From: Squalus acanthias
Taxonomy: Eukaryota
Length of the DNA stretch: 64,000 nucleotides
Direction: 5' to 3'
NCBI GenBank assembly: GCA_030390025.1
Contig: JASTWF010000366.1
Location: forward strand, 1 to 64,000
The position numbers and the translations under genes are program-made. Below, piece after piece: positions 11,716 through 24,924 of this stretch. The notes beneath the pieces were generated by a model. That model saw only the letters and a program-made list of their open reading frames with translations. It ran no database searches and was not told the origin of the DNA. Each line of letters begins with the position of its first letter. Position 1 is the stretch's first letter.

Positions 11716-14700
11716 GGGTAGCCTTACCTTGGCTAATCTTGTGGGGTCTGCAAACTTTCTCTGCATTTGGAGCAGGTCCTCTGGGTGGTAAACACAGCAC
11801 TGACAAAGAGCACCACCTCCTCTCAGGCACTATGGACTTCTCTCCTGCTCCATTCTCGCACTTGTAGCCTAGAGCAAGTCTAGCAAAGTGTTTTGGCACC
11901 AAACATGTACTTCTCTTTAGACAGCTGATGCTAGCCTTTGAATGCTGGATTACACTCTGGGAGCTCACTGTGAATGTGCAGTAACACCTGACTCCAGAAG
12001 ATTCATTGGTGCAATCTTTGCACAACTTGGCCAAGCACAACACTCACAAAGCAGTGTCCCTGCCACCTCGATGCACAGATTGGAAAATTGTTCCTAAAGT
12101 GAATTGGTGAAAGAGTTTTGTTGTAATGTTGAATTCCTTTCCTGCTCCCCTAGTTTCACACACAATGTGTAACATGCATTTTCATCCTGACTTTCATAAC
12201 ATTCAATTTTTTTTAAACAAAAAAAGAAGAATCTGAAAATGAGGAATATGTTCAGTGCTTTCTCCACCATGACCATCTTACCTCCTCTGTTCCTGAAGGA
12301 AGTGATTATTTCCATAGATTCCCACCATCCTTTGGTACCTCAAGTTTTCATTCACTTGTTAGCTTGGATAATGAGTATTGGTAGGTTATGTGCCCATGAC
12401 AAGCCTGATCCTATCCTTCTCTGACAATCAGTTGCATGCAGGATAGCAATGGTGATCAGTAACAAGAGCCAAAGCTGGGTTTTACAAACACCAACCTAGT
12501 GGACACTGCGGCCAATTCTAGCATGCCAAACATCTGCTAACTCAGCCCAGACAGAATTTGAATCTGGAACCTTCCTGGTCTACACAGCTCCATCCTACAC
12601 TGGGTGCGTTAAGCATTTTTGAATAAGCTTCACTGCAAATGTGGATATTGATATTCAAATATGACTGGAGCTAAGGTATTAGCAATTGCTGAACAATGCA
12701 AGATTGAAAGTAGTGATGTAATACTGGGTGAATGCATAATGCTGAATTTCAAGCTAGTTGATTTTGAACTGAAGACTGTGCATAATTGTACACCCCCTCA
12801 CACATTGTTATTACAGAGCCCTTTTGTTTGGATAACTGGTCACTTTGAATAAACACAGTTTATGCAAACAACAGTTTGCAGTGTTATTTTGAAAAACAAA
12901 TTTCCATAGATGTTTTAAATGGTACATAAATTCTCTGTGCGACAGTCCATGCAATAAGCCCAACATTAGAAACAGTCCTTTTAAAAACTGCAGCAGGGAA
13001 TAACTCAAGAGTGCTGAGTTTATGTTCTGAACTTGTACACTAATATAAAGTACTTTCTCTACATTGTTTAACTGATGCTACGTCTCATATTGAATGGTCA
13101 AATGTTGATGTTAAGACTTTGTTACGCACCTTCTTTTCAGCAGCTCGGGTACTGAGGCCAGTTGTGTTGCCCACTGCCAGAACAGCTGACATCAGCTTAT
13201 TCGGCAAAGATCAGGAATTGAAGCGAGGACCTTCCTGGTCCAAATGGTTGAGTAACATTTACCAACTGACCATCCAGGGGAATTAACAGTCTTTTTCTTC
13301 TACCAAACATGTTAAAGAGGCATTTTCTTTTCAAAAGAATACAGTGTTTGGTAAGCATTTATTCTCTATGTTTAACAAACACTGACATACTGAAGCAGAT
13401 TGTGTCAAACACACCACTGAAAGGTGAAATCCGTATCCTCTTACTCGTGGGCAATGTAATCTTGCCAAAACTGACATCATTGTTGTTCAGTCATTCTCCC
13501 TCCCAGTGCCCTGCTGCTGCTTCAAGGCTGGTTTACAATTCACTGTACTCCTTCCCGCAACTGGCTAAAGAAGGCAGTGGTAGGGGTCTCAGTGCAGGCT
13601 GCCCCTCAGCAGCAGATGCATGGGACCCAATGGGACTTAAAAATAATTAAAGAAAAGTATGTTCCCTTTGTTGACAGGTCATTATTCCAGAGAAGAATTT
13701 GTGGGCCAGAAATCTGCGGCCCTTCAGTGGCTCTCCCACTGTAACTTCGGCAGGAATGCCAGGAGGGCAGGAAATCATGTCAGAGATTCTGGGATGGCCT
13801 GTTGGGGTCAGAGCCTCCACCCACCCCAAACAGGGCCATTGGCATAAGAGGGAGCAGGGGCAGAGGGGTGAGGACTCCCTACATCGAGGAGTTCCTGGCT
13901 CTCAGAGGTATTCAGCGTGGGGGTGGCAGTGGTACACCTGGTGAGACCAGTCGTACCAGGTTGACCAACAGCAGGCGTGAAGCCCACGTCGAGTAGGTTG
14001 CGCAATCCCGCCAGTCCTGTTTCCTCTTCTGATATCGCATGCCAGGATGAAAGAAGCACTCAGCACCCCAACCCCCCGCCAGAATTACTCATCCAGTAAA
14101 CAAAGGGGCAGGGACCCAACGGAAGTAGCTGGCTGATGTTTCTAGATGGACCTGGTGTACCCCGCCCCCCAGCCAGCCACTCATTTGGTTGATTTTCCGG
14201 CCTCTTTGGTGAATGGGTGCCCTAGGTGGCACGGGCACCTGCCATTGCCATGCAAAACAGGGGACCTACCCATGAACCTGTAAACAATGGCAGGGTAAGC
14301 AGCGGAGGTTTCAGGCAGGTGCATCTCCACATTTATGCTGGGTGTACTTCCCCCAAGGACTTCTTGGACCATAATTCTTTAAAATATAGTCACCGCATAC
14401 AAAAAAAGCCAAGGCGAGACAAGTTGATGAACCTAACTGGACATAGCATCTTTGTTTATTCAGGCAATGATAGTAAATATCATGAGAATTATGGATCGGG
14501 AGCCATTATAAGGGTGCAGTTGTACTACAGGTGCCAGTCTGACACTGGCATTTGCTTACAGTGATGCAAGGGTCAGCAGACCATAGATACTGCTGCCTCT
14601 GGTCACTCTCTCATCAAGGAAAGCAGCTTTGTACATGCAAGCATACATATTCACAGCTCTGTTCACCAACATCAGGTTCCAGTTAAATTTTAATGTCATT

Positions 14701-16519
14701 AAGAGATGCTACATCATTCAGGTCAAAATGAGATTTAGTAAATCATTTTTAAAGTTTGATTTGACCAATTGCAGCTATACTGCTGCCGGTGTGTGAAGCC
14801 AAGGTGTTGTGAGACTGCCAGTGTGAGGCTTGCCAAAATATAAAGTGCCATTAGTTGGGAGAATTCATACACATTTTGTGTTAATGTAAAGCCGAAATGG
14901 CTTCTCGTCTGTGGAAAATATGCAGGTTAACTGTCCTGTAAGAGGCAGAATTTCAGAATGTCTCCTGTGAAACGGTCATGTCTTTTCTACTGCGGGAGAC
15001 ATAGAAATGCCGACTGTCAAGTGAGATTTATATACAGTCGGACATTGCTAAAATCAAAACATCTTGTATAAAATTGATCCATGGCTTTAGACAGCCTCAT
15101 GAGTAATGAAAACATTTAAGGTTACTCTTTTCCTTGGTTAAGGTAAGATACCAGCGCAGCAGTTGATCTTCAGCATATGGTAATCTAAACCATCACCACC
15201 TTTCTTATCTCACTCCATCCTACTATGGTCTCCTCTGAACTTTTCTGTCTTGTTTCTCCTAAACGCCAAATATATTTTCCTACACACTCTTCTTTCCTGA
15301 ATTTTCAATCATTGCACAATCTCCTGCCCCAAATTTAGACTTCACCGGGACCTCAAGAATTTGTAGAACTCCTTACTTCCTGCAGTCTTCCCTTTCTTCT
15401 ACAGTTAACGCAAGGTTACATCATCTAATCATACTTCCTGATTTACTTTATCCTTTCTTATTATTCTCAACATTGGTGGTGTCCTGTACTATAAGCCCTG
15501 GCCCTTCACCTTGGATTGTCAACAATCAAAAGAGAAGTCACTTGGAGTGCCTTCACGCAAAAGATGGATGTGGTCATGTGCAGTGTGCCAACTACAGGAA
15601 GATCAAGCATCTAAATGTGGCTGTTAAGGATTTTGCAAAGCTCTCCACAGAAAGAATGAACAAGGAATATACATTCTGACCAGGTGGCCTTTATTGCTAA
15701 TAGGTTTAATTTGGATGATACTGTTAGATTTATTAACCTAGTTCACTTGGCACAGGATCTTGGCATTGCCACAGCTGTGTTACCTCTCAGTATGGGTAAA
15801 GAGAAGGCTATTGACTGAGCAGAATGGACTTATCTACTCTTTGAACTCCAAAGGTCTTGGCCTCTCTTTTATTGGATGAATCTTTAACTGCACAGAAGCT
15901 CTCAGCAGTGGTAATTACAAGCAGTTGTATTTCTCCTTTCTTAGATCCAACCTGAGCATCCAACTTTGCTGTCCTAATGTCATTGTTGGCCTAACTTTGC
16001 ATCTCCTAAATGAAGCAATTAGGAACATAGGTTCAAGCTCTCAAGAGGAAACGAGAATGGGATCATGAATAAGATATAATTATGGCTGGATGATTTTTCT
16101 TTCTCCATTTTTCTCCATCTTTTCAGGAGGCTGCTGCCTTACACAAGGATGCAATTCAACATGCACCAGATTCCGTTGGGTGCCTCATCCTATCATGGAG
16201 AGGGGAATTGCAGCCGATCCTGACAGTGTCTTTGTCTGACATTCACACAAATATACTTTTCGAATAGAAGTCATTGACCTGGATGGGTCCAGCTCCAGCA
16301 ACACTCAGGAAGCTCGACACCATCCAGGGCAGAGCAGTCTGCTTGATTGGAGCTGCAGCCACTGGCCTCAATGTCCACCACCTCCACCGCCATCTATCCA
16401 TCTGGAGACTGGGCTCCATGGTTGATGCTGGAGTAACAGGTCACCTCCCCAATTCCACATCATACGCTTCACATTATGTTAACTGAGCCTAATTAAAACA
16501 GTTAACTTGCCTTTAAACC

Positions 16520-16825
16520 TCGTGGTCATAAATATAAGACAGTTACTAATAAATCCAATAAGGAATTCAGGAGAACCTTCTTTACTCAGAGAGTGGTTAG
16601 AATGTGGAACTTGTGGAACCACCTGGAGTAGATGAGGTAAATAGCACAGATGCATTTAAGGAGATGCTAGATAAGTACATGATGGACAAAAGAATAGAAG
16701 GTTATGCTGAGAGAGTTAGATGAAATAGGATGGGAGGAGGTTTGTGTGGAGCATAAACACCGGCACAGACCAGTTGGGCCGAATGGCCTGTTTCTCTGCT
16801 GTAATTTCTATGTAATTCTATGTAA
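16520..16825 (+). mobile_element. CR1-type LINE 3' end
   Basis: Homologous to 9525-9828; (TGTAATTCTA)n-like tail. Confidence 0.85.
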
Positions 16826-17528
16826 TATTATTTATCTGGGTAATACAACTAGTAGGATTACCTTGGGATGTCTTAGCTCAATTAGCCCTTAGTTCTTCTT
16901 CAAGAGGTATCTCAGCTCCCAAGCAAATATTTTTACAGCAAATAAAGGTTAAATTTGCTTTAAAAACTGATATTGGTGGAACATTCCTTAATAAAATGCA
17001 CTGATGTGTTTCTGAAAAACATGGGCCTAGAAATTCAGGGGTTTATCGCCACCCGTTACCACCAGATTCGGGTGAAAAAATGGCGGCCGTCACTCTTCTG
17101 CCCGCTGCCGGCGGGTCCTGTGGCGGCCACCATTTTCAGATGGCTGGCAGTGCTGCCAATGTCAGCGATCGCTAAAATTATGTAGATGATGCAGATCGTG
17201 ACGTCAGTGAGTGTACATCGCTCACTTGACGCCCGATCTGTGAGTTTGGAGTTCGCCGTTCAATTTACCGGCATGCCTTGAGTGCGACGAGCTGAGCAAG
17301 CGTTGACAAGAAGGAAGAAAGCTCCAGCAGCGGTATTTAAAGGGATCATCAGCAACTACTTGCACCTGACAGGCTGGTTCAGTTTGACTGGCTCTGTGCA
17401 ACTTTCTGCAACTCCAGCAGCTTTATAAACTTCTTTCAAGGTTCTAAGGTAACAGGGAGTGTTGTTGCAAGTGGAGAATGCCTTCATTCTTATTTAATGG
17501 CTTCTGCTCACAACACTTGCTCACAGTC

Positions 17529-18653
17529 ATGGGGGCTCTACTGGCAGACCCCCTCACGCTCGAGTATCTTCGGGAGAGGGAGCGGAGGCAGAGAAGAAGA
17601 CGAGAAGATGCTCGCAGAGGGAGGAGGAGGAGGGGCAGGAGGGCTCTCAACAGGCGGCCTTACCCACCTAGGGTCTTCAGAGAGCACTTCTCTATCTCCA
17701 CTTAAGCGAGGAGCAGTATATTAGGAGGCTACGCTACACCAAGGAGGTGGTCACAGAACTCTGCAAACAGAGAGCAGGGTGACCCTGGCTCTCCCAGTGG
17801 AAGTCAAGGTCACCGTGGCCCTCAATTTCTTCGGCAGCGGTTCCGTCCAGTCTGCAACAGGAGACATAGCTAACATCTCACAGTTCGCCATCCATCGCTG
17901 CATCCGGGTGGTCACTCAGGCTCTCTACACCAGGAGAAGGGATTACGTTGTCCTCTCTCTAAGCAGAAAAAAGTAGGACAAATGCGCATGTGGCTTTGCC
18001 AGGAGAGTGAGCTTCCCCATGGTGTAGGGTGCCATTGACTGCACCCACGTGGCTTTGCGGGCGCTGTATAACAATCCTGAGATCTTCTGCAACCGCAAAG
18101 GCTACCACTCACTAAATGTGTAGTTGGTCTGTGACACGCCCAGTGCTTCCTGATGGTTAATGCCCGCTATCCTGGCAGCAGCCATGATGCGTTCATCCTG
18201 CGTCAGTCTCCAGTGCCAGCAATCTTCCAACCACCACATCAAACTCGAGGGTGGCTGCTCGGAGACAAGGGCTATCCGCTCTGCACCTGGCTCATGACTC
18301 CCCTCCGCAACCCCAACACTGGTGCCCAGCGCTCATATAATGAGAGTCATGCTTCCTCCAGGAACATCATAGAGCAGACCATCGGGCTACTGAAGCAAAG
18401 GTTCCGCTGCTTTGACCACTCAGGAGGAGTCCTCCAGTACATGCCGGATCGGGTGTCCCATTTCGTGGTGGTTTGCTGCATGCTTCACAACTTGTCCATC
18501 ATGAGGGCACAGCCCTTGCCACCAGGGATTGCGGGACCACATCAGGAGGAGGAGGAGGGAGAGGAAGAGGAGGGAGGGAGGAGCCAGACAGCAATCCCTG
18601 TTCCGGACGGGCTGTCCGTGAACACCTCATCAAACTCCGATTCCAATGAATGA
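17529..18653 (+). pseudogene. Harbinger DDE transposase (frameshifts and stops)
   Basis: [82 protein letters not shown] and CCMLHN motifs. Confidence 0.93.
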
Positions 18654-18826
18654 AACCCCAGATCCCCGTTGCTCACCACTTCCCCATCTTATCATCCCTC
18701 TGTCACGGAATATCGCAGTGTGCTCCTGGGCACAAATCTGAAATGAGAGCCACCACAAAAGATTCCAAACAAAATTAATAATTTTATCCCAAATCACTTC
18801 ACACATATTTACACTTACGATATGAA

Positions 18827-20921
18827 CTAATCACCCTTGTGTAATCCCTTAGTGCCTGTCGTTCAGGTGCCCTTTCCTGTCCTAGTGCTCCTACGAAGTG
18901 TTCACCCCTGACTGCAGCATGGCTAGTGGAAGGCTTCTGAGTTTCCATAGGGGAGACTTCAGATGGCTTTGCAGGATGACCTCGAGCAGCTCTGGACTTA
19001 GAAGGCCTGACTGTAGACGGCGGCAGCAGTCTGGTCTGGCCGGTTGACTGGCAGCAGCAAGGGCAATGGCGGAGTTCCGTGGTGGGAATAGGAATGCTGT
19101 CATCCTGAGAGAGGACAGCAGGGTCCTGCTCCACTGACCCAGTGCCACTCCCCTAGGGCGGCGCCTCAGCATTCCTAGCAAAATGTTGGAGCACAGATTG
19201 CTGGGCTGCTGCGACACCCTGCAAGCCCCGGTCGACACTGGTAAACCCAGCGGTCTGAGCTTGGGTGGCATCAAGCGGAGACTTCATGCGAGCGGTCTGC
19301 ACTTCCGCTGCAGTACTAAGAGATTGGGTCGCTCCCGCCTGTGCTGTAATGGCAGCCGCGACATCGCCCATCTCACGCAGCATCATGGCTGGACAACGCG
19401 GTCTCTTCGGGAGTCTTCCATCGTTTCCAGCCTGGAAATCCTGGGCTCTAAGCTCTGCGCAAAGCCCCATGCAATGTTGGAGGTGGATTCCTCCATGCTC
19501 CTTGACATTGCCTAGAGGCTCTCTGGCTGGCTTGCCATTACACCTAGCAATTCGGTGTGCATGCCCATTGTCGTAAGAATGAGCCTTACGCGTGGCGAAC
19601 TTAAAGTAAGCTTTAATCAACTAAAAAGGTGCTACATACAAAAGAGGTCTTACTCTATGCCTCTCCAGGATCCAACTGATCAGTCCAGTATTTATCCTGG
19701 ACTAATCACAGGAAGTGATGCAATAAAGTTCGAGTCACAGGAAGCTGTATTGTGTTACCACACCCATCATCCTTCTTCTGAAGGCCGCCCCATCGAGGTC
19801 CTCATCTGAGTCCTGTGCAGCAGAACTCGCTTGTGAACTCGCTCTCCGGGGAGCTGGCCCCCGAGCTACACTTTCCCCCTGGCCTTGCTGCAGCCCACTC
19901 GTGCCTGGTGCCTCACCCTGTGCAGATCCCGCTTCTATCCCAGCCTCTAAAGTATATGCAGTGCCAGTTTCTGAGTTGGTGTCTGCGAGTGACAGATGCA
20001 GTGACGCTGTGTCTTCTTCTTCTTCTTCTCCCCCCTCGCTCTCATGCATCGCCTCGGGAACAGGCTGCTCGGGTGCTTGTTCTTGATTATCTGAAAGCAG
20101 AAAGGCACAAGGGTCGGGTTATGATGAGGGGAGGGGGGAAGCAAGATATGCATGCATACAGCATCAGTAGCTTGAACGTGAGAAGAGATTGTGGGATGAG
20201 GGAGAAGTGGGATGTGAGAAGAAGGATTAGGAATGAGCATACCTTTGTTGTCACCAAGGGGTTCAACCTCGCCGGTTGCCACGGCCTCTATTATCTGGAG
20301 CCCAATGATTTCCAGCACTCTCTCCTCCAGCTGGCTGAGGTCGTGGATGTCAGCCTGCCCCCCGCCTGTCTGCCACTGCTCCCTCCGATTATGCGCAACT
20401 TTGGCCTACAAGAGAAACGGAAGTGTGTGAGTGAGTGTGGTGCAATGTGTTTGGGTGATGTGCCTGCCATAGTTGAATAGCTGTCAGTGTGTGCAAGGTG
20501 TGAGATGTGGGTGTGAGTGTTGCAGCAGTGGTAAGGTTGTGAGGGTGAAGTGAACCCACGATTGTGAGGTGTGAGTGGTGATAGATAGAGATTGTTGGTA
20601 GGTGACTGCTGCAGGTGTGGTGCATTGAGCAGTGTGTGAGGCTTGTGGTGCAGATGGTGGGATGTGGCATTTGCTGAAGCCTTCACTCACTTTGATCAGC
20701 TGTGTGAGGTCATTAAACTTAATTCGGCACTGGATGGCCGACCTTGGACCCACAGTGCTGGCCGTCACATGGGCGGCTATCTCCTGCCAGAGCCTTCGAG
20801 AGGTGTGTGGCGAGGGCATCCTGCCAGTGTGTGGGAAGAGGACAGCCCACCTCCTCTCCACGGTCACAAGAGCTGCGTTGGAGAATCTGCGGCCTCTCTC
20901 CCTGTGCTGAGACTCCGCCAT
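18827..20921 (-). pseudogene. Harbinger Myb/SANT-like (trihelix) DNA-binding protein, 3 exons: 20921-20691, 20405-20243, 20090-~18827
   Basis: MAESQHRERGRRFS..LWQEIAAHV..RSAIQCRIKFNDL|GTGAGT; TAG|AKVAHNRREQWQTGGG..LSQLEERVLEIIG|GTATG; CAG|acidic and coiled-coil-like tail. Splice phases are consistent. Interrupted by a solo LTR and stops; the 3' end is approximate. Confidence 0.85.
19569..19762 (-). mobile_element. Solo LTR (194 bp)
   Basis: Termini TGTCGTAA...TTACCACA (TG..CA, inverted); 5-bp TSD CCCAT at 19564-19568 and 19763-19767; ATAAATA and ATTAAA on the minus strand; removal restores the Myb frame RRRMMG-MHTELL. Confidence 0.85.
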
Positions 20922-23034
20922 GGGTTTGCTCTGCCGTCTTCTTCCAGCTGAAGTTCTGAGTAGCTTGACAATGAGGTGCTGTAGCATCAACGCACCTCCC
21001 CTTTAAGTACTGAATAAAGCCTGTGGCAAACATGACTGGGAATTAGACTGGACCCGATATTGCCCCACCTGTTGAGCGATAAGTCAATGAGCAGCAGCGG
21101 TTTTATCGCTGAAATCAAGACTATAATCATGTTAATGAGGACTGAGCACGAATTTTGCATGCTACCTAGACCATTTTGACCTGGTGCAGCTTAACATCGT
21201 TGGGCCTTAACACTGCCCTTTTCATTGCCATATCCAATTTCTAGGCCATACAGTTTTCATGCTAGTCTGTCAATAGTATAACCGAAAACTGATGGAACTG
21301 AGAATCTGACTGGGATGGTGCATTCTGAATTACTGTCCTAATTTTTGCTCTAATGTTAAAGAAGTGCCAAAGTCAAAATAATGCCTCTCTATAGAGCTCT
21401 CTGTCACGATATCATGTTAGCATGGTGAATCTTGATCAATTTTAAAGTTCAGATTTTATTTGAAATATTTCAAGGGAATCGCCTTAACTGAAACAAATGA
21501 GTTTATTGCTCCTTTTTCTTTGACAGACTTTCACTTTTTTTGGGAGTGGAGGAATGAGCACCTGAATGATTCAAGTATGGAACAAAACAATTATAAAGAT
21601 TGCAAATGAACAAACTAAAGGTTTACATCAAAGTGTTTGTTTATCACTTTGTGGCGTTTTCTTTAAGAAAAGAGGTTATGTCACCAATTGACCAGGTTAG
21701 ACACTCCCAAACATTCTCACTGCTATCAAAGACTTTGTTGTAGAGGGGCAACTGAGAATTAAAAGACCTGTGTCTCTGCTTCCCACTGCCTCATAAATCA
21801 CACTAAATAATCTGGTGCCAGAAGCAAAGAGGCACGATGGAAGACAACTTACATAGGAAGATACATGGGTGCGTCTCCAGAAAACTATGTGTTTCCTTTC
21901 TTTCCTAACAAACAGCATATAGGAGACTGAAATATTAGTTGCAATTAATATAGAGGAATAATTGCAAAAAATATTCTAAAGTCTCTGTGGAGTTAGTTAA
22001 ACTTTTGTTCTATTCTTTCTTTGTTCTACTGTAGTTGTCAAGTAAATGTTTGTTGTTTGATATCGAGCCTTAAGAGACAATGGAGAACAGAGCACTGCTG
22101 TTCTGGTGCTAACTGGCCACTAAGTGGGTGGGACAGGGGTGCCATGACCCCTTTACCCTTCCCACCAGTCTCCCTAACAGCTTTGGCCTATGGGTCATCT
22201 CAATTTCCCCTCTGGTGAGTGGTCATTACTATGCTGTGCTTTGATAAATGCTCAACGCAAAAGGTCTGCATTGCCGACAGCAAGCACTAGGGAAGCAAGG
22301 CACCATGGGCCATGACAGCCTGAGGTATAAGACGTATGGACCTGCATGCCTTCACACAGAGTGCCTGTCGCCTGGCAACAGTAACTGCATCACAAGATCC
22401 CTCTCAGTGCCTACAAAACGAGAAAATGTGAAGCGTGGAGATTAAGGAAAAAGGGGAAAAAGAGAGTCAGAACAGGAAATAATAAAAAGTGCTAAATGTT
22501 TTGGGAAAAGTAAAGGTTTTCAATATTCCAACATTACTATTGGGAACTAGCAATAGCTTAAAAACTAATAAGTAGTTTAGCAACTGAAATGATTCAATAA
22601 AAGCATAGCCTTCACAGGATCAACTTTTTAGCAATCTTTAAAAGTAAATATTTTTGTTGTGGGGATGATGTCAGTAACACACGATATCATCTCCATGCTT
22701 CAGCAAATGCTTTCAGAGCCAGTAGTGTCCTTTTAAAATACCAGAAGGTTTGATCCTCCAACCATGCTTGAGTCAGCTGATCTGATACGGGGCTGACCTT
22801 GAGTCACAGGATAGCAATAAGGAGCAGGAATCCTGGCTGAGTTTACCCCTCTGTAGCCCAGGGGCACTGAGGCTAATTGTAATGCCCAAACTGCTGCCCT
22901 GTCTGCAATCAGCTCATCCAACAACAAGGTGCATTTATATAGCACCTTCAACATAGAAAAATGTCCCAAGGCACTTTGCAGAGGTGTGAGGAAGAAAGGT
23001 TAAGGCAGGGTTTCAGGGCTGGGAGGGCCTGGGG

Positions 23035-23181
23035 CAATGTTTTTTTGGGCCACGCGGCCCCTTTAACGTGCTGCGTGGCCCACTCAAAAGTCCACGCATG
23101 CATGTTTTTTTCAATTTAAAAGTTGGGTCACCAGTTGTGTGGTACCCCTACGTGTGACCGCGCAGCTTAAAGGGAACATTG
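23035..23181. mobile_element. hAT-type MITE (147 bp) inside an L2-like relic
   Basis: Termini CAATGTT / AACATTG; 8-bp TSD GCCTGGGG / GCCCGGGG (one CpG-type change). Confidence 0.7.
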
Positions 23182-23607
23182 GCCCGGGGGAAGGTTTAGA
23201 TTAGCGTGCAAGGGAAAGAGCGAAAGGAGAAGAGGCAGCTGATTAGATGGTCTCTATCTTGGTGACAAATCCATGAGCTCCTTGCATGTTGTCAGACATA
23301 AGGGTGGAGGGGGCAGGAGTGAAGTGTTTAAAGAGCCTTGGATAAGTAATGGGCCATTTTGGCAAAGGATTGAGGGGCCCGTTAGAGCTTGCTGTGGTTA
23401 AACCAGATCTGGTGATGGTGACTAAGCCAGATATGCTCAAGGTTGCATCCCTTGGACATGAAGAAGCACAGATGGGGACCGTACTGGGGAATGACCAGGA
23501 TGGGGGACCAGGAAGATTCTGCCATGCACAAGAGCATCAAAGGTGCAGGTTAGAAAATGGTTGAACAAATCAAGAGCTGCAGAGATATTGTGGTGATTTT
23601 TTAAAAA

Positions 23608-23920
23608 TATATTTGTTCCTGGGATATGGGCGTCGCTGGCAAGGCCAACATTTATTGCCCATCCCTAATTGTCCTTGTGAAGGTGGTGGTGAGCTGCCTC
23701 CTTGAACCGCTGCAGTCCGTGTGGTGAAGGTACTCCCACAGTGCTGTTAGGGAGGGAGTTCCAGGATTTTGACCCAGTGACGATGAAGGAATGGCAATGT
23801 ATTTCCAAGTCAGGATGGTGTGTAACTTGAAGGGGAACTTGCAGGTGAAGGTGTTCCCATGCGCCTGCTGCCCTTGTCCTTCTAGATGCCACACTCGGTC
23901 AAATGCTGCCTTGATATCAA
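23608..23920 (-). mobile_element. Internally deleted fragment of the EN-RT LINE family
   Basis: DIKAAFDRVWH fused directly to the 3' terminal segment (GSKSWNSLPNST..RFKEAAHHHL). Confidence 0.85.
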
Positions 23921-24924
23921 TGATAAGAGAGGAGGGCCAAAAGCTAAGCAGTTGGGAGTTTGAGAATTCAACACAAACCAAGGATTGAAACTGGAACCAT
24001 TCTGATCTGTATGGCTCAGTTCATCGACAGGGAATTAATACACTCGAGATGATCCAGCGATGACTCTGGATTTCACAGATTTAATGTATGGGGAAGGTAA
24101 CGAAAGTTGGGTCTGTTTTCTCTGGAACACAGGAGGCTTCAAGGAGATCTTACGGAAATTGTTAAGATCATGAAAAAGTATTGACAAAGCTGATCCAGGC
24201 AAATTGATCAATATGGCAAAGGGTGCAAATTTTAACAATGTGAGGAACAACCCTACAGCAATGGATGTGCTATCACTCAAACAACTCCGTCTTATCAGTA
24301 TCACATCCAGATCAGTACCTCAAAAATAATAGGTAGATCTGCTCTTTGCTAAAGGTCCACACACACTGCAGAGTGTGGAACTGAGCCATACACACCAGCA
24401 GGGTGCCATCCCCAGCGTAGGGTGTGTTAGCTGATTTCAGCCAAGGCAGCAGTGGAAATGATACAATTGGTCTCAGTATCCCTGAAGTAAGAGAGAGAGA
24501 AAATTAGCCAGGGTACATGTTCTTTATCCTGTCACTCCTGCAGGACAGTGTGCATTTGTGGACATTGGATGAAGCAGTAACAGGCTCAGCTGTGATGCTC
24601 CAGTGGTCGAATAATATGCTGACATTCACTATCTAGACTTACACATGATGAATCATCACTTGGGTATGTTACTGGTGGGCTAACAGCACCAATGTATCCT
24701 TGTGAGTCAGCGACTTCAGGGGAGAGGGGATAATGGGAGACATGTTCAAGTATGTTTTTTTGTAGAAACAACCTACATTTATAAAGCACCTTTCACATCC
24801 TCAGGGCTTCTCAAACTTTACAACCAATTACTTTTAAAGCGCTGTTGTTATGTAGGTAAAGGTAGCAGCCAATTTGTGCATAGCAAGGTCCCACAAGCAG
24901 CAAATGAATGAATGAACAGATCAT

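Larger units (their letters stand above)
17024..21247. mobile_element. Full-length PIF/Harbinger DNA transposon (decayed autonomous type)
   Basis: Perfect 12-bp TIR GGCCTAGAAATT / AATTTCTAGGCC; flanks ATG/ATA; convergent transposase and Myb/SANT genes inside. Confidence 0.92.

Noticed and set aside
13703..14370. Another Harbinger-like element starting GGGCCAGAAAT
   Set aside because: No matching right TIR or TSD, and no coding remnant found.
18153..18653. Host HARBI1 gene
   Set aside because: Flanked by TIRs, paired with a Myb gene and disrupted by stops, so it is a transposon copy rather than the domesticated gene.
19815..20480. 221-aa plus-strand ORF
   Set aside because: Antisense shadow of the Harbinger Myb gene exons and intron.
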